A DNA stretch of 32,307 nucleotides from an uncultured Acidobacteriota bacterium (GTDB lineage: Bacteria; Acidobacteriota; Polarisedimenticolia; J045): contig CAYZDB010000002.1 in NCBI GenBank assembly GCA_964476985.1, positions 1 through 32,307 of the forward strand, given 5' to 3'. Below are positions 30,921-32,307 of the stretch, one piece after another. Made by a program: the position numbers and the translations under genes. The stretch's first letter is position 1, and the number at the start of each line of letters is the position of its first letter. Below the pieces are notes generated by a model that was not told where the DNA came from, did no database searches, and saw only the letters and a list, made by a program, of their open reading frames with translations.

Positions 30921-31805
30921 ATGTCGACGATGCCTCCGTGTGGAGTACTCACCCCCAAGGACTTCAAGAGCGAGCTGCGCCCGATCTGGTGCCCCGGGTG
31001 CGGCGACTACAGCGTGCTGCAGGCGGTCTACCGCGCCCTCGCCGCGATCAACCGGCCGCCGCACGAGATCGCCTTCGTGTCGGGGATCGGCTGTTCGTCC
31101 CGGATCCCGGGCTACACGACGGCCTACGGCTTCAACAGCGTCCACGGCCGCGCCCTGCCGATCGCGCAGGGGATCAAGATGGCGCGGCCCGACCTGCTCG
31201 TGCTGGCGGCCGGCGGTGACGGCGACGGCTTCTCGATCGGCGGCGGCCACGTCGCCCACGCGATCCGCCGCAACGTGGACATCACCTACATCGTGATGGA
31301 CAACCAGATCTACGGCCTGACCAAGGGCCAGCTCTCGCCGACCTCGGCGCGCGGCACCAGGACCTGCACCTCGCGGCTGGGGAGCCTCGAGCAGCCGGTG
31401 AACCCGCTGCTCTACGTGCTCGGCTACGGCTGCGCGTTCGTCGCGCAGGGGACGCCGGCCGACATGCCGGGCCTGACCGCGATGCTCGAGGAAGCGATCC
31501 GCTACCCGGGCTTCGCGCTGGTCAACATCCAGTCGCCGTGCGTCACCTACGGCGAGGAAGACCAGCTGATCAAGGCCCACCGTGCGAGGATGACGACGCT
31601 CGAGAGCCTCGGCCACGACCCGTCCGACCTGATCAAGGCGATGGACAAGGCCCAGCACTACGGGACCGATCTCTTCACCGGCGTCTTCTACCGCAATCCC
31701 GAGCCGCCCCCGACCTTCGAGGGGCTGGCGGCCGAGCGGCAGCAGGAGATGATGAAGACGGCCCCGCCGCGCGAGAAGATCCTCGACCTGTTCCTTCAGA
31801 AGTAG
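30921..31805 (+). CDS. korB: 2-oxoglutarate/2-oxoacid:ferredoxin oxidoreductase beta subunit (TPP-binding)
   Basis: PIWCPGCGDYSVLQAV, FVSGIGCSSRIPGY, GGDGDGFSIGGGHVAHAIRRNVDITYIVMDNQIYGLTKGQ (TPP motif GDG-x(n)-NN-like). It lies 8 nt after the korA stop, with GAGGTGAGAG as SD. Confidence 0.9.
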   Translation: MSTMPPCGVLTPKDFKSELRPIWCPGCGDYSVLQAVYRALAAINRPPHEIAFVSGIGCSSRIPGYTTAYGFNSVHGRALPIAQGIKMARPDLLVLAAGGDGDGFSIGGGHVAHAIRRNVDITYIVMDNQIYGLTKGQLSPTSARGTRTCTSRLGSLEQPVNPLLYVLGYGCAFVAQGTPADMPGLTAMLEEAIRYPGFALVNIQSPCVTYGEEDQLIKAHRARMTTLESLGHDPSDLIKAMDKAQHYGTDLFTGVFYRNPEPPPTFEGLAAERQQEMMKTAPPREKILDLFLQK

Positions 31806-31834
31806 CGGCCCCGAGCCCGAGGAGCGACCGACCG

Positions 31835-32307
31835 ATGGCCATCGACTTTTCCCGCCTCTCCCTGAAGGACGCGCTGGACCTCGCCGTGCTGATCGAGCAG
31901 GAGGCCGAGGAGCGCTACCTGGAGTTCGCGGACCAGATGACGGCGCACCACACGCCCGACGCGGAGAAGTTCTTCCGCTTCATGGCGGTCAACGAGGAGA
32001 AGCACGGCAGCGAGCTGGCGGCCCGCCGCAAGCACCTGTTCGGCGACGCGCCGAGCACCGTCTCGTCGACGATGATCCTCGACGTCGAGGCGCCGGAGTA
32101 CGACCAGGCGCGGGCCTTCATGAGCCCGCGCGCGGCCCTGGCGACCGCTCTCCGCTCGGAGGAGAAGGCGTACGCCTACTTCGACCGCGCGCTTCCCAGC
32201 ATCACCAACGCCGACGTGCGGGCCCTGTTCGAGGAGCTGCGCGGCGACGAGATCCACCACATCGAGCTGGTGAAGGCGGAACTGGCGAAGCTTCCGCCGG
32301 GCGAGGA
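31835..32307 (+). CDS. Ferritin-like/rubrerythrin-family di-iron protein, C-terminus cut by window edge
   Basis: ATG 31835 follows GGAG (31821-31824). It has no stop in the window, so it is absent from the ORF track. LKDALDLAVLIEQEAEERYLEFA and ..ALRSEEKAYAYFD..LFEELRGDEIHHIELV show the paired E..EEx2..(H) helices of ferritin-like domains. Confidence 0.75.
   Translation, partial: MAIDFSRLSLKDALDLAVLIEQEAEERYLEFADQMTAHHTPDAEKFFRFMAVNEEKHGSELAARRKHLFGDAPSTVSSTMILDVEAPEYDQARAFMSPRAALATALRSEEKAYAYFDRALPSITNADVRALFEELRGDEIHHIELVKAELAKLPPGE

Noticed and set aside
1-32307. CRISPR arrays, tRNA/rRNA genes, transposases/integrases, T6SS components (VgrG, Hcp, PAAR, DUF4123/DUF1795 chaperones)
   Set aside because: I looked for short regularly spaced repeats, T-loop-like GGTTCGAATCC motifs, DDE or tyrosine-recombinase-like ORFs and PAAR motifs, and found none. 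A by-eye scan cannot exclude small or degenerate elements.

Overview
Very GC-rich bacterial chromosomal DNA; my hand counts of 60-nt blocks in housekeeping genes give about 78-82% GC. The taxon cannot be fixed from sequence alone. I support 24 protein-coding genes and found no rRNA, tRNA, CRISPR array or transposase. Left flank: a window-truncated PLP decarboxylase (-), a two-gene membrane haem module (an 8-TM protein fused to a dihaem cytochrome c plus a 9-TM paralogue, possibly cytochrome bd-like), threonine aldolase and a small periplasmic protein. The centre (about 5.8-16.7 kb) is an accessory region with visibly lower GC in parts. It holds a 618-nt non-coding leader and a 2279-aa Sec-signal Rhs/YD-repeat polymorphic toxin ending in an unassignable Ala/Val/Gly-rich toxin tip, followed by a 65-aa two-TM candidate immunity gene. 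Next comes an orphan rhs C-terminal cassette that shares a ~1 kb direct repeat with the main gene (687 nt perfectly identical) but ends in a different glycine-zipper-like tip, then a 6-TM internally duplicated candidate immunity gene. A convergent small-protein/nucleotidyltransferase-fold pair closes the region. Right flank: an OSBS/NAAAR-type enolase, a PNPOx-GAF-winged-helix regulator with a stand-alone PNPOx partner, and a divergent promoter carrying four 11-bp-phased TAGGAA repeats. These are followed by cytochrome c genes, a Cys-rich repeat protein, a membrane protein, a GH38-like glycosidase, a RumA-type RNA methyltransferase, korAB and a ferritin-like protein. The best candidate for something new is the Rhs locus: it has no T6SS context in the window and carries two non-enzymatic-looking, membrane-targeting-looking toxin tips paired with membrane immunity candidates. 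All domain calls rest on motif recognition by eye; no database search was possible.
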